A DNA stretch of 60,945 nucleotides from Octopus bimaculoides (taxonomy: Eukaryota). Below, one piece after another: positions 1 to 12,220 of this stretch. The DNA lies in assembly GCF_001194135.2 (NCBI RefSeq), contig NC_068991.1, positions 25,360,491-25,421,435 of the forward strand. The letters are read 5' to 3'. Made by a program: the position numbers and the translations under genes. Numbering within the stretch: position 1 is the stretch's first letter; each line of letters starts with the position of its first letter. The notes beneath the pieces are model-generated. The model ran no database searches, was not told the origin of the DNA, and saw only the letters and a program-made list of their open reading frames with translations.

Positions 1-312
1 ATATATATATATATATATAAATGCATGTGTACACGCCCCCATATGCCTTATGTTAGATGCATATATTTGGAAACTATGAATGGTAGATCAGAAGTATCAT
101 GAGAATTTATTGCAATATATTACTAGATGATACGTAACTGCTATCTTTTATAGTTGATAAACAAACTGAAATGTAAACATGGAACAAGTGCAATGAATAT
201 ATCCTTTCTTGTCATTTTATTAGCTCTTCAGTCAACATAATATATATTGTACCTGCAATATAAGTCATTGTTTAATACAATATACTATACTATCATACAC
301 AGCTACATACAT

Positions 313-318
<6 letters not shown>

Positions 319-369
<51 letters not shown>

Positions 370-407
370 NNNNNNNNNNNNNNNNNNNNNNNNNNNNNNN
401 NNNNNNN

Positions 408-452
<45 letters not shown>
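319..452. repeat. (CA)n / N gap / (TA)n microsatellite
   Basis: Seen directly. It is representative of dozens of similar di-, tri- and tetranucleotide tracts in the window, many of which border assembly gaps. Confidence 0.95.
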
Positions 453-455
<3 letters not shown>

Positions 456-1814
456 GTGTGTTGTTGATTCAATATATAATATAATATGATATAATATAAT
501 AGAGGAAACGAGGAAATTATCCGTTGTACTTGTTTGTTGTACATATTTCATTTGTTTATCAATCACTGTAGCGAACAGTTATATATGATCTACTAATAAA
601 ATGTTCTAGCTCTAAAGCTGCCTTTTTATATGAATATTATTGATGTTTATTTGCTATTGTTTACCTCAAGTAATATATACCTCCGAAATATGCTATGAAA
701 TTTATTGTGCATGAAATTTTGTTTAAACACGCATTATATTAACTGAATATATTGCATTTTTAGAGATTCATTGTCGGTAAGTAATCTGCGATAGGCCTAA
801 ATTATGGCCTGGCAACTTCATCGCGTAAGATATACACTAAACTTTAAAGGTTTGTGCTTCGTGTGCTGTATTTTAAAACACCCTTTCGCCATTTATTTCT
901 TGCAGTCTATTCTCCATGTGTCTTGGACAGTTTACGATAGTTTTCTGTTCTTGTTGGTCGTGGCAGTCCCCATGTCAGCTCAGCTATGGAGAACAACTTC
1001 AGGTTGCATTTGACTCAAATACTTGTTGTTTCAATTATATGATACTTACTCCAATGTATGGGTCATATTATAAACACCAATATGCAGTAATAAATTACAT
1101 TTTCATTCCAAATGTATTTCTCGAAAAAGAAGCGCTATGTTTTCTTATGAAAATCAATATTGGTTTCCTACAACATAACAGTGAGAAAGAGAGAGAGAGA
1201 GAGAGGGGGGGGGAGAGAGGGGAGAGAAAGAGAGAGATAATTAACTATTTATCTTGAAAATTCAGGGGCACATATCTTCTATGTAAGACCTCTGAATGAT
1301 CCCAAAAATGTTACATAAGGCAAAGAAAATCACTAAACTTTTAGCCTAAGATAAAGTCAATTAGATTATCTAAATTGTTTAGAAGCAAACATACGTTCAT
1401 TTTATGTTAATGCAATGCTTGATTAAGTCTTAATCAAAATATCTATATCCTACTGCGATGTAATTTTTCAATAAAAAATTGTATTTGATATTCCATATAG
1501 TTTTCCATGTGAAGCTTGTAAACCACTTTTCTGCAAATGATTGCGGATCACTGGTCGACGTTAGAATAGTTTTGCATTGCGGAACATTTACCACTGATAA
1601 AAGCAAAAGAGCTAGATTCAAAGAAATATTTTCTGCGTACTTGTTCGACCTGCTACAAGTAGAGGTTAAACCTCTCTCAAAATCCATCCGCGTTGATTTG
1701 GAGCTCTATAAAAACAAATTAGAAGTTAAAAAGCTGGAACAAATATCGCAAAGCATTTATTCCCGGCATTTTAACGATTTTTCTCATCCACCACCACCAC
1801 CACCACCACCAAAA

Positions 1815-2135
1815 CAAACGGAGAAACTTTCAAAATACAAAGATCTGGAAATAGAGGTAACTCAAATGTGGAAACAGAAACAATTCCTATCATAGTAGGC
1901 GCATTAGGTGTGATAAAACAATATTCAGACAAGTACATAACTAAACATGAGGACTAACAAGTATTTATAACATACAGAAAATAGCACTACTAGGCACCGC
2001 ACACATCCTACGTAAAACACTCTCAATACAATAATAATAAGAGCATCACAACAAACCACAGCACATACCCAAGACACACAGAGCTGCACTCGGTGATGCA
2101 GTGAATGCACGTGATAGAAATAAGACTACTAAATA
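1815..2135 (+). mobile_element. 3' end of an R4/Dong-like non-LTR retrotransposon (REL endonuclease C-terminus plus 3' UTR), 5'-truncated
   Basis: Translates EKLSKYKDLEIEVTQMWK, then (frameshifted) IPIIVGALGVIK and IQKIALLGTAHILRKTLSIQ*. These are typical REL-domain C-terminal motifs of R4/Dong elements. A (TAA)-rich tail follows. Confidence 0.85.
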
Positions 2136-2233
2136 ATAATAATAGTAATAATGATAACAACAGCAACAGCAGCAGCAGCGTCGACGACAACGACACCACC
2201 ACCAACAACAACAGTAACAAAATAATAGTAAGA

Positions 2234-2750
2234 AATACCTGGCAGTGGCTCTCATGGCTTAACTGACTGGAAGTGTTATCATGTACATGTTTTGTCTTGG
2301 TGTAAAAGATGGGCTACAGCAAATATTCTGCTAAATACTACAGATTTGATTGTTATTTACTTGACTTTAATCAGTTGAGAATGTCCCTTGGTGGCTGACG
2401 ATATGTGCATCTCTGATCACGAGCAGAAGTAGTGGGGGAGAATCATAGCCATGTGTTGAGAGGAATTCTTTGGGGTTTGAATTATTCATCCCTTGAAACA
2501 TAGGTGTTTCGTGATCATCCTTAAAGAAACCTTATCCAGGCACCTTTTGAGGAGGATGGGCAACTCGACCGGAAGAAAATTCTGATTGGGCCCCAACTGC
2601 GAGATCATGCGATGTTTATCTTCATATGAGATCACCGTGTCGATTACATATGGTTGTACCCTTATCAGACAGTTAGTCATGGTAGGAATATTGGTTTCGT
2701 ATATTTGTATCTCAGTGTCATTTTGATGCCATGAATTGCTCTTTCACTCA
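2234..2750 (+). mobile_element. Unclassified ~520-bp interspersed repeat flanked by TAA-rich tracts
   Basis: A homologous partial copy lies at ~27280-27588 (shared blocks such as gatatgt.catctctga, catagccatg, gagaggaattct, gaagaaaattct). TAA-rich sequence lies on both sides. Orientation is uncertain. Confidence 0.7.
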
Positions 2751-3789
2751 ATAATAATAATAATAATGATAATAATAATAATAATAATAATAATAATCAT
2801 TAGAATTCCCGGCCTCCTGTCAAAATTTGAAATCATTATGGCACAATTTAAAACACGGAAAATACCGTAGTAGTCAGAAATCTGTTACAAACAAAGACGT
2901 TTTTGAAATCGTTTGGATTTCATGGTACAAGAAAATGATGTGTGCGGGTTCACATTCTTTCAAATACTCGTAGTATACTAGCAAAGAACTTCGCATGATT
3001 GTATCTGTTCTCTCCTGTAAATGACTAGGATCCCCATGGCGTCGTTCTGAAGAAACTTTCTATCTCTGTACACAAGTGTCCCATGTCAATATTCTAAGAT
3101 AACGAAATTCCGAAAAATAACGGAAGCTATTCTCTAATCATACATTTGTGATAAACATTTAAATTTCATTAGGTATTCTTTTTCTTTAGAAATAATCAAT
3201 AATATATTTAGTTTTTCGGGTAGAAAGATGTAAACTGTTGATAACGTTTGTGTCATAGATAAATGCTTTCAGTATTTCTTGTTAGCATTCAGCTTTATGT
3301 CACTGCAATACTTATTCTTATATTCTTATTCAGAATATATCAATTCCAGAGACACATACTATGAAATCTTACTATGAAATCTTAACTGGCAAATGTGAAC
3401 TTAGTATAAGAAATTTAGAGACTTTCCCAAACAAGTCTGCGATAGGAAATTAAAACTGTCAGCTCTTCACCAGCTGCTCTAATGTCCTAGTCACGTGATC
3501 AAATTGCCATTAAATCTATTTTATTGAACTATATTCAAATGTACATGGTAGACATTATTTGGTGAATTCTTTTTTCAGGGGACAAATCACAGCGATGATG
3601 ATTCCAAGACTAATGGGAAGAAGAGATAGATTTAACCAAGAATCGGAAAACTTCCCGAATGGCTGTATCAAAATGGATTTCTCCGAAGACCACCAAGTGA
3701 CGAAAAATGCTTAAACATGCTATTAGAGAGTTCATTCATTTGAAAGAGTGAGTTATACAGAAATACAGCTAGCGTATGTAGTCGTCGAT

Positions 3790-4007
3790 GACGGGGTGCT
3801 GAAAAATTCCTGGTTTGGGATAAAATAAAATAAAAGGCGGACCAGTTAATTATGATTTTATTTAACATTTTCCCCTTTCAGATTCACACACTTATTGCAG
3901 CGGGCCTTCAGTTTTTCTAAGCCCCTAAAAGAACTCGGAACGTTGGGCCTCCACACAGGCCTTCCACGACACCCTTAAAGCTAGGAACTGTTCAGCACCT
4001 CCTCGTA
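3790..4007 (-). mobile_element. Mariner-derived MITE (~220 bp)
   Basis: Imperfect terminal inverted repeats: acggggtgctgaaaaattcctggttt and aaagctaggaactgttcagcacctcctcgta. The minus strand encodes a mariner transposase C-terminus, GLEKLKARCNKCVNLKGENVK*. Confidence 0.8.
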
Positions 4008-5684
4008 GTTTCAGATTGGATATGAGGAAGCAGTTCTATTCCCCAAAAGGGGGACCAGGTCGTGACATTCTCGTCATTTTGTTTTTCAGTCAGAATTCAT
4101 CTGGAATTACATGAAACAACGAGTGTTAAATTTTAAAAAGCGGTTGTGTATACTTTGATGGAGAATCGGCAGCTGTTTCTGCAAGGGCGAACAACTAGTC
4201 TTGAGTTCTCTCTCAGAGACGTACCCGAAGCCAGCAAGTCTGTCTCAGTGCTAGTGACATGATGATCCTTGAAATAAAGGTGTTAATTCTAAAGATGAGA
4301 AGCTTTAAACGCTGTTCCATAAAACCAAATGACTGGCACTCGGGTTCTCTACGTATCCAGTATGTTATTGTCTCCTTGTTGTTTAATCCAAAGTTATCTC
4401 TTTTCAAAAAGGCATATCACCAAAAGCGCTTCAGCTGTGACAATTCCGTATTTTTAAACCATAACCTATCGGGTACTACGTTATATAATGTCTTCTTCCA
4501 TTTTTAGTACAATATGGTGTCATTCAAGTGAGATTTAGCTGATATTTCTTGCACTTCAAATTACTACTTAAAGGTTCTTCCACTAGTTTGTCACGTACAT
4601 TGTTTAAGATAACATGTAGATTTGTGATGCTAAGTCATTTGTCTCTAGACTGCTTCAAAGATTGGCAGTGATTTATGAATTTCCTGTTTGATTCAGATGA
4701 GTAAACGAACATGCTTAAATATTGTCCATATTATGATCATAATCCCATACTGAATTCCTATTCGCCCACTGGTTCGCGTTGACCAATTAATTTCTTTTAA
4801 ACGTTGAATGGCTTCATTACAATGATAAATTTTAAAATAACCACGTTTCCAGCTGATGCTAGCTGTGATTTATTGTCATGGTGCATGATGGCAGAATATC
4901 ATCAGAAAATGATATCCTTCAAAATTAAGGTGACTGAAAACATTAAATGTTGTAAAGGAAATAAAAAGTCTGTCAATTAGAAATGCCAGTAAATATTTTG
5001 TTTATCGATTTGTTATTGTTTTCCGATTATTTTTTTCCCTCTTAAAGCCAATTCTTTACTGAAAAAAAAGAAAATAACGCAAAACAAAACGAAAACAAAA
5101 CAAACTATTTTTGGAAATATAAACGAACTAAATGTAAATGCCATGATATAATCCCGATACCAAGAAATGTCACTGAAAGTTCACCCTGTAGATATATGTG
5201 GCTTCGACATGTTATGTCATAATACTAAATATTACATTTCTTGATTTATCCTATGGAATCACATTTTCAATTGACCTTTTGGTTTCATTGCTTAAAATTA
5301 TTATTCGAAAATATAAAATTAGAAAATTATATTCCGTTCATTGTCTTTGTGTTTGTGTAAAGAGCTTCGAGGAATGAATGCAAAGTCTGAAGAAATTTCA
5401 GTTCTTTTCCTGGTGTTTTCCTCATTATTTATTGCTTTTAATTAAAATATGCTACTGTTGTATTCATAGATTAAGAATGGCATATATATATATTATATAT
5501 ATAAGTAAAAATGCACACTCCGTACACGCGCATATATGTAAAATGAGAGAGAGAGAGGTAAAGAGAGGGGGAGAGAGAATGTGTGAGTGTGAGGGTGGAG
5601 AGAGATCGGTACCGAAAGCGATAGGTCTATTAGAATGATATCGATCATGGTGATAGACTATGATGAAGACGATGGTATTAGATG

Positions 5685-5805
5685 GCTCAATTTCCCGCCG
5701 ATGTCGTCTTTACCTTTCATCCGTTCGGAGGTCAACATATCAGACAAGTACCTAAAGTCGATGGTATCGACTGATATTCTTCAATCAAAATTGTTGGCTT
5801 TGGGT
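5685..5805 (+). mobile_element. Degenerate tRNA-derived SINE fragment
   Basis: aatttcccgccgatgtcgtctttacctttcatcc matches the core of the better-preserved copy at 57008-57245. Confidence 0.55.
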
Positions 5806-5892
5806 TTAAGGAACCATTCTAAAATATTTTAATACCTGAAATGACTTATTGCTAATAATATAATAGTATATTGTTAACAACAACAATAATAA

Positions 5893-6106
5893 TGGTTTAA
5901 AATTTTGCCTCAAGGGTAGCAATTTTGGGGGAGGGGATGAGCCGATTACATCGACCCCACTGTTCAACTAATATTTATTTTATCGACCCCAAAAGGATGA
6001 AAAGCAAAGTCGACTTCGGCGGAATTTGAACTCAGAACGGCTCGACGGGCGGAATACTACTAAACATTTTTTTCCGGCGTGCTATCGATTCTGCCAGTTC
6101 ACCGCA
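5893..6106 (-). mobile_element. tRNA-derived SINE (same family as 57008-57245)
   Basis: atcgacccc...ggatgaaaagcaaagtcgacttcggcggaatttgaactcagaac...ctgccagttcaccgc aligns to 57008-57245. Confidence 0.85.
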
Positions 6107-6109
6107 TGT

Positions 6110-6190
<81 letters not shown>

Positions 6191-7790
6191 TAGTCTCGCA
6201 AAGCACGTCGTGGGAACACATTGATTAAACCTCCGCTGCATAATTATCTATACCAACCTATGGTAGGATGTAAAAGTTGTGACGAGATATTCGATGCTTG
6301 CGTAGGACGTTTAAAGTATTTTTATAATGCGAAACCAAAGAAAAAAATTATTTAACATGGAAGATTTGTTAGCTCGTGTGGTATAGTTGCAACAGCAACA
6401 ACAATAGTTACAACTACAACAGCAACAACAACAATACCAACAGTTACTGGAAGTAATGTTGAAAAAGTCTGAAAATACTTCAGGTTCGTTCTTGTCAAAC
6501 AGCGTAGCAAATTCAAGTGAAGAATTCATTTATAACCCAGAAGAAGTTACTACTTTTTCTTCATATTTTTGAAGATACGAAGAAACCTTCAAAGAAGAAT
6601 GTAAAACTTTGAATGACGAGAAGGTGCGATTAATTTTAAGAAAGTTATCCCCTGCCGAATACGAAAAATACTGTAACTATATTCTGCCGAAGAAACCAAG
6701 TGAGATTTGGTTCGATGAAACAGTTAATTTGTTATCAAGAATTTTCAGTGAAAGAAGTTCCCTGTTCAATATTCATTGGCAATGTTTAAATTTAGTTAAA
6801 AAAGATATAAAAATTCGTCACCTATGTTGGGGGTAGTTAACAGAGAGTGTGAAAAATTCAAATTAAATGAATCAACTTCGGAATTGTTCAAAAGCTTAAT
6901 TTTTGTTCAAGGGTTAACAACAAGAAAAGATGCTGATATACGTTCTCGTATATTAACATTAGAGCAGGACCAAAAATTAACTCTACAGGTAGTGGGTGAA
7001 GGATGCCAGAGGATTATAAATTTATGGCATGATGCAGATAAAACTGAAGAAAAAGATTGCTCTTAAATACATCTGTGCAGAATACATCTATGCCGTCCAG
7101 AATACATCTGTGCCGTCCACAATACATCTGTGCCGTCCAAAATACATTTGTGCCGTCCAGAAACGGATAAGAAAAACGAACGTCTAGGCCAAATTCATGA
7201 TATTGTTGCGCAAGTTTACATTTTAAAAGTAATTGTCCTTTTAAAAATCGTAGATGTTATGATTATGGAAAAAGCGGACATAAATGCTCACATTGTATAA
7301 CGAAACCAAAAAAAAAAAAAAAAAGGGGTACAAAAAAATTCTAGAATGATTGTATTGTTAAAAACAATTCTAAGCGAGGTTCAGAAAAGAAAATTTGTGT
7401 CCATAAAAATTAATGATGTGAATACCAAGTCACAATTGTATACAGGGAGTGATATTACGATAATTAATACAGATACATGGAGAAAATGAGGGAAACCTCA
7501 ATTAAAGGAAACTTCGAAAATTGTACGAGGTGTTTCAGGAAGATAATTTGCATTTTATGGGTGAAATAAGTGATGTTATATTTCGTGGAAAAGCTTTGAA
7601 AGTCAAAGATTTTTATTGAAAAATACAACAAATTTTTTTTTGGAACAAACTGGATGGAACTATTTATCTTAGGGGATCTACCCATAAATATTTTTTGTAA
7701 GACTGTGAATGGTTCATCAACCAGTACAAATAAGGCGTCCGAGGATTAAAAAAAAAAAAGAATATTAAAAAAAATTACCTGAATTTGTTT
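6107..7790 (+). mobile_element. Gypsy (Mag/K02A2.6-like) LTR retrotransposon remnant: possible 5' LTR and PBS, gag with two zinc knuckles, aspartic protease; truncated
   Basis: The ATG at 6357 starts a Q-rich gag N-terminus. Gag continues VRLILRKLSPAEYEKYCNYILPKKPSEI.FDETVNLLSRIF and REC.KFKL...FKSLIFVQGL. Two degenerate CCHC knuckles lie at ~7200-7300 (CASLHFKSNC, CYDYGKSGHKCSHC). A protease-like LYTGSDITIINTDTWRK lies at ~7435-7490. A PBS-like gttgtgacgag lies at 6276-6286. There are many stops and frameshifts. The LTR call is weak. Confidence 0.8.
7066..7160 (+). repeat. 20-bp minisatellite (aatacatctgtgccgtccag), four full units plus one partial, inside the Gypsy gag
   Basis: Units start at 7081, 7101, 7121 and 7141, with a partial unit at 7066. 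Confidence 0.95.
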
Positions 7791-7822
7791 TCTGTAATAT
7801 TTCACTCAAGGAGATCATTTCC

Positions 7823-7907
<85 letters not shown>
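7823..7907. repeat. (ATT)n microsatellite, probably the tail or target of the R4/Dong copy across the gap
   Basis: Seen directly; the link to the LINE is inferred. Confidence 0.85.
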
Positions 7908-8419
7908 NNNNNNNNNNNNNNNNNNNNNNNNNNNNNNNNNNNNNNNNNNNNNNNNNNNNNNNNNNNNNNNNNNNNNNNNNNNNNNNNNNNNNNNNNNNNN
8001 NNNNNNNNNNNNNNNNNNNNNNNNNNNNNNNNNNNNNNNNNNNNNNNNNNNNNNNNNNNNNNNNNNNNNNNNNNNNNNNNNNNNNNNNNNNNNNNNNNNN
8101 NNNNNNNNNNNNNNNNNNNNNNNNNNNNNNNNNNNNNNNNNNNNNNNNNNNNNNNNNNNNNNNNNNNNNNNNNNNNNNNNNNNNNNNNNNNNNNNNNNNN
8201 NNNNNNNNNNNNNNNNNNNNNNNNNNNNNNNNNNNNNNNNNNNNNNNNNNNNNNNNNNNNNNNNNNNNNNNNNNNNNNNNNNNNNNNNNNNNNNNNNNNN
8301 NNNNNNNNNNNNNNNNNNNNNNNNNNNNNNNNNNNNNNNNNNNNNNNNNNNNNNNNNNNNNNNNNNNNNNNNNNNNNNNNNNNNNNNNNNNNNNNNNNNN
8401 NNNNNNNNNNNNNNNNNNN

Positions 8420-8793
8420 TAATATGATTTATTGATTTTTGTCCATCTCCACATATTCTACAGTTACTTGTTATGTTTCTTTTCATTATATGTTTTTGGT
8501 AATTTCTGGTGGGGAGGCTTTGGTCTTGTGCAGCAATTAAAAATCCTTCAGTCTCTGCTTTGAGTCCTGAGCCTCTCAACCATTGCTGGGATTTTTCTCT
8601 GTCTATTTCTTTTGCATTTAGTTTAGCCCAGTATTTACCATGTAGGGGCTTTTTTTGGCATCGTTTTATCATGGTCCGTTGCTGTTCTAGTTTTAGTTTG
8701 GATTTCATTTGTTTTATAGCTTTTGTTGTTTCTTCCTCTTCTTCTTCGTATTTGTTAGGTAGATTGATTTCTTGTTTGTATTTGTCAGCTTCC
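8420..8793 (-). mobile_element. Young R4/Dong-like LINE fragment (post-RT region to CCHC zinc finger); 3' part lost in the N gap
   Basis: Open frame reading KKPLHGKYW...DREKSQQWLRGSGLKAETEGFLIAAQDQSLPTRNYQKHIMKRNITSNCRICGDGQKSINHI, a hallmark of the R2/R4 group. Confidence 0.9.
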
Positions 8794-10690
8794 TATTATT
8801 ATTATCATTACTATTTAGCTAGTGCATGTTAATTAAGTTGGCAGGTATATATCTTGAGGTTTGGTGATAACAATCTTCTCAAATCTCAAGAATTTTTCTT
8901 AGGATTTTTGCTGAATATAAAATAGTACTTTTCTGCAGGTCAACAATGCGAATTTCTATTCAAATTTCTTTCAGTGTTTTAGATGGTATTTGGGCTGTTG
9001 TGCCAAGTGCTTCAATTACTACAGGAATAATTTTTGTCGCTGTCTTCCACTATCTCCTCAACTCTATGGCAAGATCCTGATATTTCTCCACTGTTTGAAT
9101 TTCTTCGGTATCGATTCTGTTATCATCGGGAACGACAAAATCTATGTTCTTAGATTGTTTGTTTATTTTGTCCTATATGATCATGTCCGGTTTCCTTGCC
9201 TCAATAGTATGGTCTGTCTTTATGGGAAAGTCAGACAAGAGCTTGTAATTTTCATTTTCTATCACAACCTCTGATTCGTGTTCATACCACTTTTCTTTCG
9301 TTTTGAAGCCTCATGCACTCTTTTGCCAACACGTGCCTGCGCTCATACTCCTTGTATGCTAGTATACTACACTCACTCAAAATGTAATTGATTCTCTAGT
9401 TTCCTTTCCTGCAGACTCTACATTCGCTGTCTAGCTGAGTTTTGTTGACCTTTATCTTCCTCAGATTTGTGTGGCTATAATCAGCGTTTCTGCCTCTCGC
9501 TTCAAGTTTTCTCCCATTAACCAAAGCCAGCGATCTTTAATTTCAACATTCTCGGTTTGTTACATGAATTGGCAATGCAGTTCCGATTCATTTGTTTATT
9601 CCGTTTTTCCTTTTCCCTTTGAATTCTCCTACTGTTTCAGTCACTTTTTGGGTATCTCTGGCCGCCGAAATTATTCTTTCTTTACTCCACACAACATATT
9701 CTTCAGTCCCAGAATTGCAGTACTAACAGTATCTTCCGAATTTAATGATCCCGCATCACCTTCTCTTCTTGGCACATGAAGTCGGCCGGTATTGCCTTTA
9801 GGATGAGGTGCGTTGTGTATTGTTAACAACTGTCTAATTCTATCCAAGTTCTGCAACTCGAGCTTTGTCCGTTTCAGAAAGGGCGAAGGGTGTCTCAATA
9901 CTGGCATTGTCCATGTACTTATGGCTTTCATGATGTCCATTTAATTTTGATTCCAGAATTTTTTCTAATTCTAATTTACTTTTTAATTATCTTTTGTCTC
10001 ATTTCTCTTTCCATTATCTTATCGTCTTGCAGCGCTCCTAGGTATTTTTTATCCCTCATTATTCCACAGTGATTTAATGATGGTGACTTGTAATTCTTTG
10101 CCATCAGAAATTATCTTCCGGCTTGTCTTCATAATTAGTACTGCGCAGTTATCTACCCGAAACTGCATTCCAGTATCTTTACTAAATAATCTCACTGCTT
10201 GAACGAAAGCATTCAGGTCTGCCTCATTTTTATATCTATCATAAGGTGATTGATATAATGTAGGTGATTTCTGCTAAACTTGGTTATGGTAAAATCCAAG
10301 GCAGGCTCGAACTTACTCAGTAAATTTGTCAGAGATATTCATGCAATGAGGAGGAGTAGCGGAGAGAGCGAGTCTCCTTGGAAAATGCCCCTACCTGATT
10401 TCACATTACCTAGCGACTCATTTGCACATGTCGGTTCTACTTCCCACACTCATTGCTTTTTCCAGAAGAGTTGTTTATCCTCTCTTTGACTCCAAGCGTC
10501 CTCAGATATTCTGAGAACCAACTGTATGGAACGTTGTCATAGGCCTTCTCCTGTTTTGTACCTCAATATTCTGCTATCTATCAGTAGTTACCCTAGATTT
10601 CCAACATCTTTCTTGCTCTTCTCTCAGTTGGTTCCCCTTTTCCCAGAATAGTATATTATGCTATGAGGCCAGTTAATAGTTTCCAGAATG
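8794..10690 (-). mobile_element. Older, decayed R4/Dong-like LINE (RT, CCHC, REL, 3' UTR), 5'-truncated
   Basis: Frame-broken motifs: EKAYDNVPYSW, RGIFQGDSLSPLL, TKLELQNLDRIRQLLTIHNAPHPK...RLHVPRREG, LSDFPIKTDHTIEARKPDM, VEKYQDLAIELRR*WKT. The YxDD region appears deleted. There is a short (TAA)-like tail at 8794-8815. Confidence 0.9.
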
Positions 10691-10791
10691 TAAGAATTAT
10701 CCTCCTCCTCCTCCTCCTCCTCCTCNNNNNNNNNNNNNNNNNNNNNNNNNNNNNNNNNNNNNNNNNNNNNNNNNNNNNNNNNNNNNNNNNC

Positions 10792-10829
<38 letters not shown>

Positions 10830-10949
10830 CGAACTTCTAGTGGAACAAATTTAATTAAGCATTAAGTTTGTATACATTTTTCTCTATTAAATATAGTATT
10901 GATTTCACAAAAGCGTGGGAAGCTGAAGAAGACTCTGGTGTCTGAAACA

Positions 10950-11003
<54 letters not shown>
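10950..11003. repeat. (GAT)n microsatellite
   Basis: Seen directly; it explains the poly-M, poly-H and poly-I ORFs. Confidence 0.95.
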
Positions 11004-11005
<2 letters not shown>

Positions 11006-11399
11006 GATGATGACTATAATAAAGGTAACAATGGTGATGATAGTGATGATGTTGGTAACAAAAATGGACAAATTCTTCCACATTATCATGCAACAACAGT
11101 ATATTAAAAATTCCGAGCAAACAATATATTAGAATGTACAACAATCAGAATGCTAACCAACACCATTTCCACCTCTCCAAGGCCGCCAAATTCATAAAGG
11201 AATTCATAAATAATATTATTGACGTACTTTTTTGTTGGTATTGAAGTGTCAGGGGATTTAAATGGGTCTGAGTCAGAATTTTCATCATCGTGTGTTCACT
11301 TGTTTAGGCAACTAAACTATCAGGCTCATTCTATGGACACGCGAGTGGTCGAGTATTACCTTAAATGTAATTCTCAAGCGTTGTCCACTTAACAAGGCT

Positions 11400-11545
11400 T
11401 GACCTTTTCAATAGTTTCTGTTTATTCCATTTCACTCACTAGGTATGGGGCGATCCGAGGTAATAATAACTGACATTTTGCCCAAGATACAACGCAACGG
11501 AGTCATGATTACGAAGCGAACTTTTTAATCACAGTTGACTTACTG
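11400..11545 (-). mobile_element. Degenerate tRNA-derived SINE
   Basis: Weak match to 20150-20370 (ccatttcactcac, gacattttgcccaag, atgattacgaagcgaacttt). Confidence 0.45.
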
Positions 11546-12109
11546 CTATGAATCCAAAGACCAAAGAAGCTTCGGTCTTTGAATGAGGTGGGGTCTCATT
11601 GATTTCATGAATATTTACAACCCTAATCTCTGCCTACCAGACATGACAAACAAAGACGTTTCCTTTTAACTACAAAATCCTTACTCTGTATAGAGACCAG
11701 CCTATTTGTTGCCAACTTTTTTGGGAAAATCTGAAGAACGCTTTATGAAATTTTAATTGACAATAAAAGTCACAAAAGATTTTAATTAAAAATCTTTATA
11801 GGAAAACGCACATTTCTGGATTAATGTTTCTCTTTCATGATACCCCAAACTGTATCCCCATATGAAGACGTATTTACATAAAATCTCTCGTAAACTTTAT
11901 AAAACCACCCCTAATTAGTGGTTTCCAACATCAGTGAAAAAACACTAATTCGTAAGAAAGTACGTGCATTATTTTGAATCTCCTATCGATCATGGTTAGA
12001 AGACTGCTTATAGTCTACACTAGAATGATTTGAACTCAGAAGGCAAAAGGAGATAAATGTATACCATTTCTGCGACGTTCTCTCTGGCACAATGCCACTA
12101 ATTTTCTTT

Positions 12110-12220
12110 AGAGGATGGTGCAGATGATTATATCGATCTTAGTTGTTGGTATTCATAATAACCGACACTGGAAAGGTCAAAGGCAAAGCTGACCACGGTG
12201 GGATTTGAACACAGAATTTC
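12110..12220 (-). mobile_element. Degenerate SINE fragment (57008 family)
   Basis: aaaggcaaagctgaccacggtgggatttgaacacagaa matches the family core. Confidence 0.55.

Noticed and set aside
764-776. 13-nt micro-exon-like segment (ttttag|AGATTCATTGTCG|gtaagt), with similar cases near 41860 and 46490
   Set aside because: The splice-like sites have no supporting neighbouring exons and are expected by chance at this AT content.
1479-1810. Protein-like ORF (NDCGSLVDVRIVLHCG...)
   Set aside because: No recognisable domain or convincing splice sites. Only its last codons belong to the LINE fragment.
3579-3746. Segment bounded by a good acceptor and a GTGAGT donor
   Set aside because: All three frames contain stops. 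It could be a non-coding exon, but that cannot be supported from sequence alone.
7066-7160. 20-bp repeats, and the 220-bp SINE array at 43268-44562, as CRISPR-like arrays
   Set aside because: The 20-bp repeats have no spacers, the context is eukaryotic, there are no cas genes, and the SINE units are diverged along their whole length.
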